A DNA stretch of 64,000 bases from Cirrosporium novae-zelandiae. Its lineage: Eukaryota. The stretch is from assembly GCA_026023565.1 (NCBI GenBank), contig JAPETS010000044.1:1-64000 (forward strand), given 5' to 3'. The notes under the pieces were generated by a model. That model made no database searches and was not told where the DNA came from. It saw only the letters and a program-made list of their open reading frames with translations. This document shows positions 1 through 11,374 of the stretch, in pieces (position 1 is the stretch's first letter; each line of letters starts with the position of its first letter). A program made the position numbers and the translations under genes.

Positions 1-2234
1 CTCTCACCCTAGTAGACATAGTGAGGTGAGAACTTAAGGAATGTAAAGCAAGTAACAAGAGGTTCTGGTGCGCGAAACAGGGGAATACGTGAAAGAAATG
101 GTTAAGCAAAGCCAGAAAGCATAAAATAAGATATAAAAGGGAGAGTGGAGGTGGAAAAAGAAAACAAGTGCTGGTCATTCAAACACACCGAAATTTCTCT
201 TCGAGAGGAATCAAACTATCACCGTTTTCCATATTCTTTTATTATTGGCTCGTTTCAAACCTCCCACTGCTGCACTATAGCCGAAAATAATCGAAATAAG
301 CGTAGCTTGTTGAAAGCACAGACTACTCTAGAAACTGTCGTGGAGATCGGAGATTGATATATGATGATAATGGAATTTATAGTGTATAACTGATGATAAT
401 CACACTGATTTGTATAGAAAAGTGAGGTCTACTATAGTATAAGTTTGGAGCAACGAGAGGCTTTTATAGACATCAGTGAGTGGTACTCTTCACCGAATAG
501 CGTTTTGCGCACTAACTTATAGCTGTAATACATGAAGCTTTCTCCTGATCGATTAGGCCAAGTAGCCACGTAATCTTAGCTAATGTCTGCATACGGCAGA
601 TATTAAATTTATCGAAAGCTGAGATGCTTCGACTGCCTCATCTTGCCGCCCAATCTTGAAATTATACTAGCATATGAGTGTCCCTTGATGATTGACTGGT
701 TTACATCCCCGTTAAAACGATATTGAAAGGTTTCAGCTGATCTCGATTCTCTCTTTAACCCTGCAAAACAGAATTTCGAAGGATTCACCTAATGTCAGCG
801 CTTTTTGCTGTTCAGGGGTATAAATTATATATTGTCGTATTCGGGCAATACCACCTCTCCAGTTTGGCGTAGCGACGTAAAAGGATGTTGGCACTCTCAC
901 CTCCGATAAACTGATCTCGATACCGATAATATTTCCTAGTTTCTTTTCTCTGTATACCCGTTCACCCGATCGCCTGACACATGCTGGAGCTCCTTCGCGG
1001 CGCAGCAAACACGGCAGTATTCCTGATCTCTATCCTGAGGCATTTTTATGATTGGTCTTTTTGCACAGGAGATGGAGACAGCCTCTTTAGACCCTCATTA
1101 TCACGGCTTTCAGGGTTTTCTATTGGAGGTTTGGGAGAGAGCCTTGCGAGGATACCGGATAATAGAATCGAGACCTTGATTATTGGAGGCAGAAACAGAA
1201 TACCAGAAAAACAGGTAAACGATAAAAAAATTGTATGATACCTCATGAGATCGTAAAGCAAGACTGAAGGAAAGATATAAGCCAAATATGAATTGAAAAA
1301 TAAACTAGAAAGACAGGTGCCAAATAGTGAGAATGTTCAATGTTTATATAGGAACAAGTAATCCTTCACGCAGACTTGCCTGTCCGCGTTGTTGTTGGTC
1401 TGGCCCAACGGATAGGCCAGTGAAGAAGGATTGTTAATTTCCTAAATATATGATGATGATACTATACGATAGCTAAGCGTAACGCAATGTGTGCCCTGCC
1501 AAGCAGTAAAGTGGAGCCAGGTGTTGAGGCCAGAACAAGGGGGAACTGAGAAATACTCTGCATCACCCTCGGCTCACTCCTCAACTCACCCACCATCGCG
1601 CGGTCGCGCGAGATCAGGGCGGCGAAACTCACCTACTAGAACGGGACAGGAAAAGACCAAATCGCCGTAAATATTTGTTCGGTAGGTAGAGTAACATACC
1701 AAGTACATGTACATGTACATATACATAACCCGTTAGGAAATGGTTGGGGGTATAGGAATCCAACAAATCCCATAAATCCCCCCCTCTACATACACATGTC
1801 CATTCCTCCCTCTTCTACTTATTCCCCCTCCTCTTCTTCTTCTCCAAGGGCTTATATCCCCTCGCCCACCCCCCCCGCTACCCCTTACTAGAATACTTAA
1901 ATACTTAAATTGAGTCCGAAAAAAACTACATGGATATTCCCTTTTTCTGAGGGGGGGCGTTTAATCTTATATAGATGTAATGTATGATGAGTATGAGTAT
2001 AGATGGCGATGTTTTGGATCGTATAGTAGATGTACAAGTAGATGTATAGAGTATGCGCCACCAGCAAGCTAAGTAGCCGATTTCCTCAACTTGAAGTCTA
2101 AAAAAAAAAAATTCCTTAGCTATATGTGTGCTCTATATAATAGATAGTCTATATATATAGTTCACGAAGCTAAGCTAAATAATCAAGCAAGCCTGATCAG
2201 TCGGTCACCTACTCACCCCACCCACCACACTCAC

Positions 2235-3623
2235 TCATTCACCCGGATCCAAAAGCATCGTATACTCCCTCTGACTCTCCCCAAACTTAACCACATCCCC
2301 ACTCTTCAGCTCCACGAACCGACTCTCAGGCACCTTCTCCCCATTAACAAGCGACCCATTTGCGCTCTCCAAATCCAACAAATACGGCTTCACCTCACCT
2401 CCCTTCCCCATCATCCCCACCCCTACCCCCCCACTCTTATCCTTACTTTCCACAAACCGAAACTGAATAACAGCATGCTGTTTCGAGCACGAAGGATGTT
2501 CGGTAAGGACATCAGCAACTAGCTTCTCACGACCGAAGAGCCAGCAGCTGCGGGTAGAGAGGTGCAAAGTTTCGAGCAGGTCTTTGTCCTTGAAGATGTA
2601 GAGGCGCCATTGTGTCGAGGCGGGGGGCTTGCGGCCTTCGGGGGGTTCAGTGTATTTTAGGGTAATGGAGGTGCCGGGCACGGTGAGGGTTTCAGCGGCT
2701 AGGACGCCCGTGGTGGAGAAGTTTGGTTTTTGTTTTGAAGGGGCGTTGGGGTCTGTGGCTGAGGGTTTTATGGAGTCTTGGGGTGGGAGGGGATGGCGCT
2801 TTGTGAGGGTGGTAAAGGTGGTGGTGGTGGTGGTGGTGGTGGGAGGGGGTTTGGTTTCTGAGGGACCAAGGGAGTCATGGCGTCTGTGTGATTTTTCGGG
2901 GGCTTTGGAGGAATGCCTGGGGGAGCGTCGTCTTCTTCGGTCGTCTCGGTCTCTGTTTTTGTTTCTGCTTCTGCTCCTGCGTCGGTCGCGATCGTGGTCG
3001 CGCTCTCGGCCATATTTTGAGTCGTTGTAGTCAGGGGGACTACGAGCACGTTTTCTATAATCCGGTGGGCTTCCAGATCGTCTTCGCTTCCTCCCGTAGT
3101 CTCGATCCCGACTGCGGCTTCTATCTCTCCGAGGTCTATCTCTCATGGTGGAACTATCGGGCGCATATCTGCTACTCCTGTCCCGTCGATCTCGGTTCCG
3201 ACTTCTGCTTCTACTTCTGCGGTCCCTTTGCGGTTTGTCTGGAACATATGAATCGCCACCTTTATCTCTTGTGCTTTTTTCTTTTCGATCGTAGTCATCA
3301 CCTCCTCCTCTTCTACTTCTTTGATATCGATTCTCGTCTTCATTGATGTCACGTCTCATTGACCTTGAAGAATAATCGTCGCGTCTCCCAGATCTACCAT
3401 CTGCATCACCAGTACCATCACCATCATCTCTTCTTCTCCTCTTTCTTCTTTCGCTATCTCTATCAAAGGATACGTCGTCGCGGCCACGGTCGCGTTCGCT
3501 ACGGGAGAAGGATGGCTTTTCACGTGGCGGGGAGATGCTTGGACGGCGGCTTCTTTTGGTTTCTGGGCTTGAGGGGTTATCGCGACTGCGCTGAGGTATA
3601 GGAGATGGCGAGGAGCGAGGCAT
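2235..3623 (-). CDS. SNIP1: FHA-domain pre-mRNA retention/splicing factor (SNIP1/Pml1, RES complex)
   Basis: Intronless 462-aa ORF. RS/RD-rich N-terminus; C-terminal LKYTEPPEGRKP...WRLYIFK...WLFGRE...HPSCSKQHAVIQFR...PYLLDLESANGSLVNG...KFGESQREY is the SNIP1-type FHA domain. Confidence 0.92.
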   Translation of the reverse strand: MPRSSPSPIPQRSRDNPSSPETKRSRRPSISPPREKPSFSRSERDRGRDDVSFDRDSERRKRRRRDDGDGTGDADGRSGRRDDYSSRSMRRDINEDENRYQRSRRGGGDDYDRKEKSTRDKGGDSYVPDKPQRDRRSRSRSRNRDRRDRSSRYAPDSSTMRDRPRRDRSRSRDRDYGRKRRRSGSPPDYRKRARSPPDYNDSKYGRERDHDRDRRRSRSRNKNRDRDDRRRRRSPRHSSKAPEKSHRRHDSLGPSETKPPPTTTTTTTTFTTLTKRHPLPPQDSIKPSATDPNAPSKQKPNFSTTGVLAAETLTVPGTSITLKYTEPPEGRKPPASTQWRLYIFKDKDLLETLHLSTRSCWLFGREKLVADVLTEHPSCSKQHAVIQFRFVESKDKSGGVGVGMMGKGGEVKPYLLDLESANGSLVNGEKVPESRFVELKSGDVVKFGESQREYTMLLDPGE

Positions 3624-4379
3624 GATGATAAGTGTGGTAAGGAGTAAATGGTCTGGGGTTGGATAAAGCTGGAGTCGCTTCAGGTTTAGATGTGAATTTG
3701 AAAATATTTGTTTGTCTTGTTTGCACAGATAGATCTCAACTCCTCCAGTAGACTAAATAATTATATAGAACCAATGAGGATTCTCAATTCTCATCTTTGC
3801 CATATCAATGCAAGTGATTCTGTTGGTATTTACGAAGCTAATTAATATGTTCAGATGAAGGCAGCCTTGGATGTGATGACTAGGCTTGGTTGTTGACATG
3901 CCATTATCCATCCAGTAACTGTGTCAGTATAAGAAATCATGCTATTATTATATTTACTAGATAACCTTGCACATGGTCTTTTATTTATGATGAATAGGAT
4001 ATCTATGCAATTTTAATTATAGGGAATTATTACTCTGCATCCTCTAGGAGTGCTTGTCTTGTCTTGTCTTGTGTTACCTTTGCAGAGCGACATAGTTGGC
4101 TTGATAAATGAAACTATAGCTGAAGATAAATCATTCTACTACTTCCCTAAGATGATGCCATTGAGGTTATTGAATCATCATATTTACATCCCTCGATTTA
4201 TCAAGGGGAAAGGGAGTAATTTCATTTCAGTTCATCTCATTTTATTTTTACTGAATAACTTTAGCTAAGAAGTAGCTATGTATGCCACTGTGTAGTGTCC
4301 CATCCTCAATGCAGCCATCTTCACCATGCTCACGATCATACGCTCCCCCCCCCCCCTAAACCATCTTACAACTTCCACC

Positions 4380-4847
4380 TCACAACTTCCCCTTAACTTC
4401 TCCAACCTTCTCCTTCGCACTCCCCTTAACCTCCTTCGCCTTCCCTTTAACTTCTCCCTTAATCTCGTTTGCCTTTCCCTTGGCCTTCCCCGCCATCTCC
4501 TCCGCCTCCGCTTGCCCCTTACTAGCATTTATCCCCAGGGATTCTTTTGTGGCTGTTGCAGCCTTTTCTGTAGGAAGTTAGTTTGGATGTGATGTGGGAA
4601 GAATGGTGGGGTATAGATTGGATTGGGGGAAATGTTACTTACCACCAGTCTCGATTCCCTTAACAGCAGCATCGGAAACGGTGCGATCGACTGTTTTTGC
4701 GGCGTTTTTTATGGTGGAGGTTACTTTGTTGTTGAGGGGTGAGGCGGTAGTGGTTAGGAAGCGTGTGGTTGGTGGTAGGGTAGTGGTGGTGGTGGGGAGA
4801 CGGAGCCGGAGGAGGAAGTATGGGGTACGGCGGGGTAGGAGGGACAT
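4380..4847 (-). CDS. Small LEA-like protein with probable mitochondrial presequence (2 exons)
   Basis: Exon 1 4847-4643 (Arg/Thr-rich leader, then KNAAKTVDRTVSDAAVKGIETG); intron 4642-4568 (GTAAGT...CTAAC...CAG); exon 2 has Lys/Gly/Glu helical repeats EKAATATKESLG...GKAKGKANEIKGEVKGKAKEVKG, stop at 4380. Confidence 0.8.
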
Positions 4848-5706
4848 TTTTGGTGTGGAGTTTGGTTTTTTGTTAGTGGGTTTTTGTTGATGTGATGTGA
4901 GATGAGGTGGAGTTTGAGAGTAGGTTGAGTAGAGTGAAACACTTGTGTGTATAACACAAGCTTGAGGTTTCTCAGCAGGTAATTGAATTGAATTGAATAG
5001 GACTGAATCGATTCCTCAAGACTTTATTATCTATTGATAAAAAGCTCTCAAAGTTAGATTCAGAGAGATAAGAAACAAAGAGAAAGAGAAGGAAAGGAAA
5101 AACAGAAAGAGAAAGTTGAGTTTTATAAAAAAAAGGAACAAGAGGCGGTGATTGCAGGAAAAAGAAAGACATCATTTTGGGATATGCAGATTTACTTTGG
5201 AGAAAGTGATGTCATGGTTAGCGCATTCTGGGGTAAATCTGCATCATCCCTGGAACGGATGATCGACGTCAGAGAAGGACTGAGGGGAACGCCCGCCTGA
5301 GGGGATCCACAGCATCATCAAGAGGGTTCATTAGGTGGCACGTGTGGTGGGGGAGCCCTAATTGATATATGCACACATTACAAGTAGACTGGATAATTAT
5401 TTGCTATTATAAGAATAAGCAACAGAGATATAAGACACCGCAGAAAAAAGGACAGAAATCTGCATTCGGAATATATCATGAATAGTAAAATTATTACTGA
5501 TAACCCCGTTTCATTATCAATCAATCAACATTGAGCACTTGCTAGCTTTTTTCCTTTTCAATCTTTGGGTAGCCATTTTCGTCAATAGAAAATCGCCGAA
5601 ACGAGGACACCTCATTTCCAGCAGGCGTTTCCACTACCAAACAAAAGGGAGAGATGTAAATATCTTCGGCGTTAGGGCTATTTATGACGTGGGGGGCTGG
5701 GGCTGC

Positions 5707-7578
5707 CTAGCTCCAGCCCCAGCGCTGGCGCTGCTGTGAGGGTTGTCGTACCCTCTCCTCCGGCTCTGGGAGTTTAGGTTTTTCGGCAGGGCGTTGTCGT
5801 CCTTCTGTTGATCGTTGGCGAACTACTCGTTGCGGTCTTGGTTGAACTGCTGGGCGTCTTGTCGTCCGAGGTTGCCATGCAGGCGACAGCCTCTCGGGAT
5901 CTACTGGTTGCCCCCTAGATGATGCTGCTGCTAAGGAATTTCTGAGTCGCTCCGCTTCGGCTTTTTTGGCCGCATGGAATGGTTTCAATTGAGCCCTGAG
6001 CATGTCCTCGTTCATTTTTTCGAAATTTTCTTGGAACATCTGGTCGTCCTCAAACAAGGTTTGGTCATCTTTGCAGTAAAGAAGAGAGTATGGGCCCCAC
6101 TCCTTCGGATTAACTGTTGCCGTGATCGGCTCGACCTTTTCTTTGATATGTTTATCAATAACGTCTCTAAGAAGCGTATAGATTTCTGGCCGTTTCCACT
6201 TCACTCCGTGCGTACATGCCTTTATTACTCGTAGTAATTCTGGGTCATATATAAAATTTTCTCTCGCTAGGTCATCACCCTGAGACCAATCCCTATAGAA
6301 TTCGCGATCAAACTTTTCTACCTTGTCAATTGCAACTTGAACCATGTCCCAAAGTATGGTGCCCATATTCCAGACGTCGCTATCCGTTCCTGGTGCCTCT
6401 GCTTCTAGGCGCTCTGGGGGTAAATAGCCTCTGGTGCCGAAACTATAAGACTTTTTCAAATTAATTACTGCCGTTTTGGATGGCTCGTTCATAGGAATTT
6501 GGTAAGCTCCTCCAAAGTCTCCAACTTTAACAGTTGGATAAATTGCTCCGGGCTCCTTGGAAGATGTTAAGAAGATATTACTAGGGTTGAGATCATTGTG
6601 TATGATGGGCTCCCAGCCCTCCACCCGCTCTGGGGCAGTGTTCTGGCCATACGCCATGTAACATAAAAAATCTGCTATGTCGCGGGCGACGGTCCATATA
6701 AAGGTTTCTGGGAGAACAAGATTATTATACCGATAGAACTTGATTATCCTCGAAAGATCTCCAAATTCGGCATACTCCATTAGCATGCGGAATGTTTTAT
6801 CCTTCTCACTATATAGCCAATCATAGATTTCTATAACGTTGTCGCATCCCGCTTGGTACAGTCTTTGAGTGAGCAGGCCTTCATGATTATAATCACGCCA
6901 AAAGGCCATCTGTTCGTAAGCGTCTTTAACGATCACACGGACCTAGGAGTAGATTAATTTCCATTGATACAGGATAAACAAGATGATTAAAAGGATGATA
7001 ACAAGAATAAGACTAGCATAACAACATATATATAGACAACTCACGTCATTGTGCTTATAATTCTGCCATAGTGTAGCTGCACCAAATCCTCCTTTGCCTA
7101 CCCGTCTAACAAGCCGCCAGCCCGATTTGGGATCATTTGCTGTCAGTGGAAGCAAGGCTTCCAAGAGCTCGCCATCTACGCCTCCCTGCCTGCCCAGTAT
7201 ATCCCAGTTTTCCCAGTCATTCATATGTTTGGAGTAGTAATTAAACGCATCTTCATCAATCGTATGCAGGAGTCTCAAGTCAAGGAGCCTTTTTTTAAAC
7301 CTTGGCGTAGTTGTCGTTTCTCCAGTAGGCAATCCCAGCAGAAGGGCCGCTCTCCGCGCAGCAACACTGGCATAAGGACTAGGACCAGGAGCCTGGGTAG
7401 CTGATCGTGCCAATGCACCAATTCCACGCGCAGCTACGGAAGCTCCTCGTGTAAGGCTATGTAATAACCCAGTAGGTTGCTGATCGCGTGGATTGATTTT
7501 AGGGCCAAATGGGTCTGTGGCGCTTATGTTTTGGAACCCACTCGATTTTCGATCCCCCCTCCGTCTTAGGTTCGCCAT
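5707..7578 (-). CDS. Divergent Ser/Thr protein kinase (non-RD), paralog A (2 exons)
   Basis: Exon 1 7578-7045 with VGKGGFG; intron 7044-6943 (GTGAGT...TAG); exon 2 carries VIVKD, MEYAEFGDL, HNDLNPSN, VKVGDFG, GTRGYLPPE, SDVWNMG. Confidence 0.88.
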
Positions 7579-9767
7579 AGTTTAAGATTTTGGTCAATTG
7601 TGGTTAGTTCTCGTAAGCAAGTCTATCTTCAAGTATTGGACATTCTTGGCAAGATAGATGAAAAATATTCAAGCCCGATCTAACGATGAAATAATATACT
7701 GTTCCATGATATAAAGAGATTTCATCGATATCTAGTCAAAGGAGGCATGTTGGGAACTATTGTTATAGCTACCCTCTTCCGCTTCCGGCGAATTGGTCAG
7801 ATTTCAACAAGGAACATTTGTCGAACACCAAATAAGTAAAAATTCCCTGGAATCGGACGATGATTAAAAGAAAGGAATAAAGAAATGCATTTAAGTCTAC
7901 AACAATCAAACGAATCGAGATTAACTTACTGTTATGTGAGTATTGGTTAATGTAAGGGGTGACATATCTCCCTGTGAATTTTCTTCCTTGAACTAGATAT
8001 TTGGATAAAAGCTATTTCGTCGGATAGTAGGCTAGAGCTTGAATTGCGTCCTATAAATTTGATTATTGCTGGACAGTGAATGTAATGAGAGGACTTTATA
8101 TTTACCTAGGTAGGTTCGGTGGTTGATAGTAATCAATGGGGTGTACTATGTATAATACCGAAAGTTGTAATCAGCAGTACATAGACTACTTGCGCCGATA
8201 CTCCTAATTTGGGTTTCAACATCTTTCTCTAGTCTAGACTAGTCTACTCAACTCAAGCCTGACCATCATAACTAAGGTGGCTAGAAGGCTTCTCAACACT
8301 ATCTATTACTCTCATGAACCATTTTCCGGGTTCTATTTCTTTCTTATTCACACCTTCCATCAACTTGAATGCTGTTCCACCAAGTCAAATATGAAACTTC
8401 CTTTTGACAGAGACAGACCATAATCTGACACTGGGTGTTTAGCACAGAAGTGATCCTGACCTTAATGCCTTTGTGAAAAAGATGCCCAGCCTTCCCGTTA
8501 ACAAGCTTAAGGGGGTAGCATATCGAATCATGTGCAATCTTCACCAGAGAGAAAAAAGCAAAGAGGCCCTTCTCCAGAGTTAAAGCTCTGGTTCCCTTCT
8601 AGTTTTCCTATGATCCCTATTAAATGTGTTTAGATGGAGTAGAGACGTAATAAAACGATGTACAAATAGGGGATCAAGAGAGGGAGGCAATAAACCAAAA
8701 TATACAAACCCTATCCTTCCGGTCTGAATTCTCACTCCCCAAGACCACCACCAAGATCGGGAGCAAAATGACTAAATGAAGAAAATTCCAAAGAGCTATA
8801 CTGAAAGTAAGCTAGCCAAGCACAAAGAAAATTAAGAGAATGATAAAAAACGTCAGCGGTCTCTAGAGACGTCTAAACAGAATCTAGAGGACTCTGACGG
8901 CTTCCTTTCGAAACGTCAAAGACGGCCTCACTTCCTAGGTCTATCACACCACGTCTCAGGTCGGGCAGGCTGATTGTGAACTGGGCGTGACACGACCTAA
9001 GAGTCGTTGATTATGGATAGGTGATATTGGAGTCAGCCCAGGATTTTTTGACTCTCCTTGAAATCTCTCGCCTGCTCTAGCAAAGGTTATTCCTTCTGAA
9101 ATAGAAATTGACAGCCATGGCGATAGCGATAATGCAAACAACGAGTAAATATATAATAGAGCAAAGATCATTTCCTTGAGTAGTCACCAATTCTGGTCTA
9201 GCTGCAAGACATGGTAATTGTTAAAGGCCCCTAGAGAATGAGGACTTGAATTCATTTGTTATTCGTTCGCTGTTAAGTGCATACCTTGCTACATGAAATA
9301 TAGTACATGTTCCACGTGTCCAAGAGTTGAAATCCGCAATACTGTAATGAGAACTGGATTCAAGTCTAGTAGATGGTCGGATTTAACACATTTTGAATGT
9401 TGCGAAACATAATCAAGACTGAACAAATTCTCACTGATACCAATATATCGGTCCAAGGGACCATCGGATGTTGTTTTTGGCCGCGTTCTTTCATGATATT
9501 GATGATCAAACAAAGGGCAATGACCTTATACTATCCAGAATGAGGATAAGCGAGGCAATCCCGGGACAATCTTTAGAAGAGTAAAATACTGGATGGAGGC
9601 TTTAAGCCATTCTGACTGGATTTAAAGTGTCTTGCCTAAAATTAGCCAATCAATTCCAATTCGGAGGGACAGTGAATTATGTCAGGGTTTCTAAGAATCC
9701 TTTCGAATTTGTTGTTCTGATCACCTTGTAGATTATATAATCATTACAGGTGCTTTCTTCGATATGG

Positions 9768-10985
9768 CTATCGTCTTTTTGGTGCCGAAAGGACGGCCCG
9801 CTGGAAAACGACGGAATCATCCCTTCCCCCAGTATTTCTACCCTTCAGCCTCTCCATACGTCTTATTCCCGAGGCGTCAGCGACAGGAGTGGCATCTAAT
9901 ATGTTGTCAAACGTTTCGTCGTCGTCCCCGGAAAATGCAATAGACGATTCTGATTCCGCATCTGAATCTTCAGAAACATGTTGCTGTTCCTTGGGAATAT
10001 CTATGATTGTAGGAGGTATCTTATGGGGCTTGACACTTTCGTCGGACTTGTTGGTAGGATGGAGGGGGGAATTTGGGTTCTGAAAAGTGCGGGAGGCAAG
10101 AACTTTGGCCCGAATAGCGGCCATTTCCTCCTCGTCATCTTCATCGTCGGAAATATCGAATGGGTCTTTCTCTACCTCCGCTCCTTCTACATCTTCTTTC
10201 TCCTCGTCTTTCCCTTCAATATCATCATTACCGTCTTTGTTTTGGTCATCATCGCTTGCATCTTTTTCCTCGTCGCTTCCATCGAGTGCGAGTGCTTTTC
10301 TAGGCATCCTATTCGTGTTCCCAGTCTTCCACATATCCCCGTCATCTTCCTCTTTCCCCTCTTGATACTCAGCCTCTAACTGGTCTAGATACCTCTTTTC
10401 AACTTTCTTTACTCCCTCTTCGTTTTCAGCTCCTGCGTAGGCTCTCAAGACTTCTTCATTCATCTCCAAAAAGGTTGTACCATATCCGAATGGACTCAAA
10501 ATCTCCTCTGCCCACTCCCATTTCCCACATATCGCAAACGAAGCAGCTAATGCTTCAGCGCAATTTAATTTCCACGGTCGTCCGTAGTTTACTGGGTTCG
10601 CAGCGATTAGGTAAGGAAGTAATCTTTCATGACGGCCACCAATGCGATTCCATGGAACCTCTTCTAGGCGAGCCCAAGAACACTCCACAACTGCAGCTCC
10701 ATGCTGTTCTAGAAGAGGGCGATCAGCAGGGGAGATGACATTTTTCGTATGAGGGGTTATGACGATGCCTGCATGCTTATGACCGATTGGTAGAGAAGTG
10801 AGGAGATTTAGGTGCATGAGACGACGTCCAGAACAACGCTTGGGATCACAATGACCAAGATCCCAAGCGTACGCCTTAAAAGAAGAAGAGGATGAAGAGT
10901 CTTTGGATGAGGGGTGAGGTCGAGAATGAAAGCGTTTCCCCTTGCCACTTTTGCTGGGCATGGAATCTTTCTTATGACGAACCAT
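9768..10985 (-). CDS. TSR3: 18S rRNA aminocarboxypropyltransferase Tsr3
   Basis: MVRHKK start at 10985; WDLGHCDPKRCSG, VVECSWARL, RLLPYLIAANPVNYGRPWKLNCAEALAA; long acidic tail. Confidence 0.95.
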   Translation of the reverse strand: MVRHKKDSMPSKSGKGKRFHSRPHPSSKDSSSSSSFKAYAWDLGHCDPKRCSGRRLMHLNLLTSLPIGHKHAGIVITPHTKNVISPADRPLLEQHGAAVVECSWARLEEVPWNRIGGRHERLLPYLIAANPVNYGRPWKLNCAEALAASFAICGKWEWAEEILSPFGYGTTFLEMNEEVLRAYAGAENEEGVKKVEKRYLDQLEAEYQEGKEEDDGDMWKTGNTNRMPRKALALDGSDEEKDASDDDQNKDGNDDIEGKDEEKEDVEGAEVEKDPFDISDDEDDEEEMAAIRAKVLASRTFQNPNSPLHPTNKSDESVKPHKIPPTIIDIPKEQQHVSEDSDAESESSIAFSGDDDETFDNILDATPVADASGIRRMERLKGRNTGGRDDSVVFQRAVLSAPKRR

Positions 10986-11374
10986 TATGAGATGTGGAGA
11001 ATTAATAGATTTTCGGACATTAAATGTAGCGAGTTGAGAGCTATGGTAGTAAAGGGAGTAATTGTGGGATATATCTATCAACGGCCTATCGTAAAATGAC
11101 ATCGACATGGCTCTCAACGGCATATTCCGGTTTTACCCTGTGGGTTCCCTGCAAGTCTAATAAGTGTAGTGTATCCGTAAGTGTAAGCCCTCCGATATAT
11201 GCCTGGGTTCCAGGTCATATTTAATCCAGGGTAGGTTATTAATGCCCTAAATAATCCTCAAGTCTTTACTCGTTGCTCTTAGTTTCGGATACCTTATTAT
11301 CTGAAGCTTTTCACAATTACCTACCCTTTGGGCCTTTAGGAATAACCACAAATCTGGAGGCAGCTTCAGCGCGA

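Noticed and set aside
1..19. Possible minus-strand start ATG TCT ACT AGG GTG AGA leaving the window
   Set aside because: Only six codons are visible, too little to support a call.
357..410. ATGATGA...CTGA...CTGA as a C/D box snoRNA
   Set aside because: Only about 50 nt, AT-rich, with no terminal stem or recognisable guide.
733..1285. Short minus-strand ORFs with a hydrophobic start
   Set aside because: Interrupted by stops, no splice model or motif found; could be a relic but is unsupported.
8344..9513. Short ORFs including a signal-peptide-like MIFALLYIYSLFALSLS
   Set aside because: No coherent exon chain or recognisable domain.
10986..11123. N-terminal extension of the 451-aa TSR3 ORF (MPLRAMS...)
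   Set aside because: The recognisable protein starts at MVRHKK (10985); the extension lies in the short divergent promoter shared with GGA.
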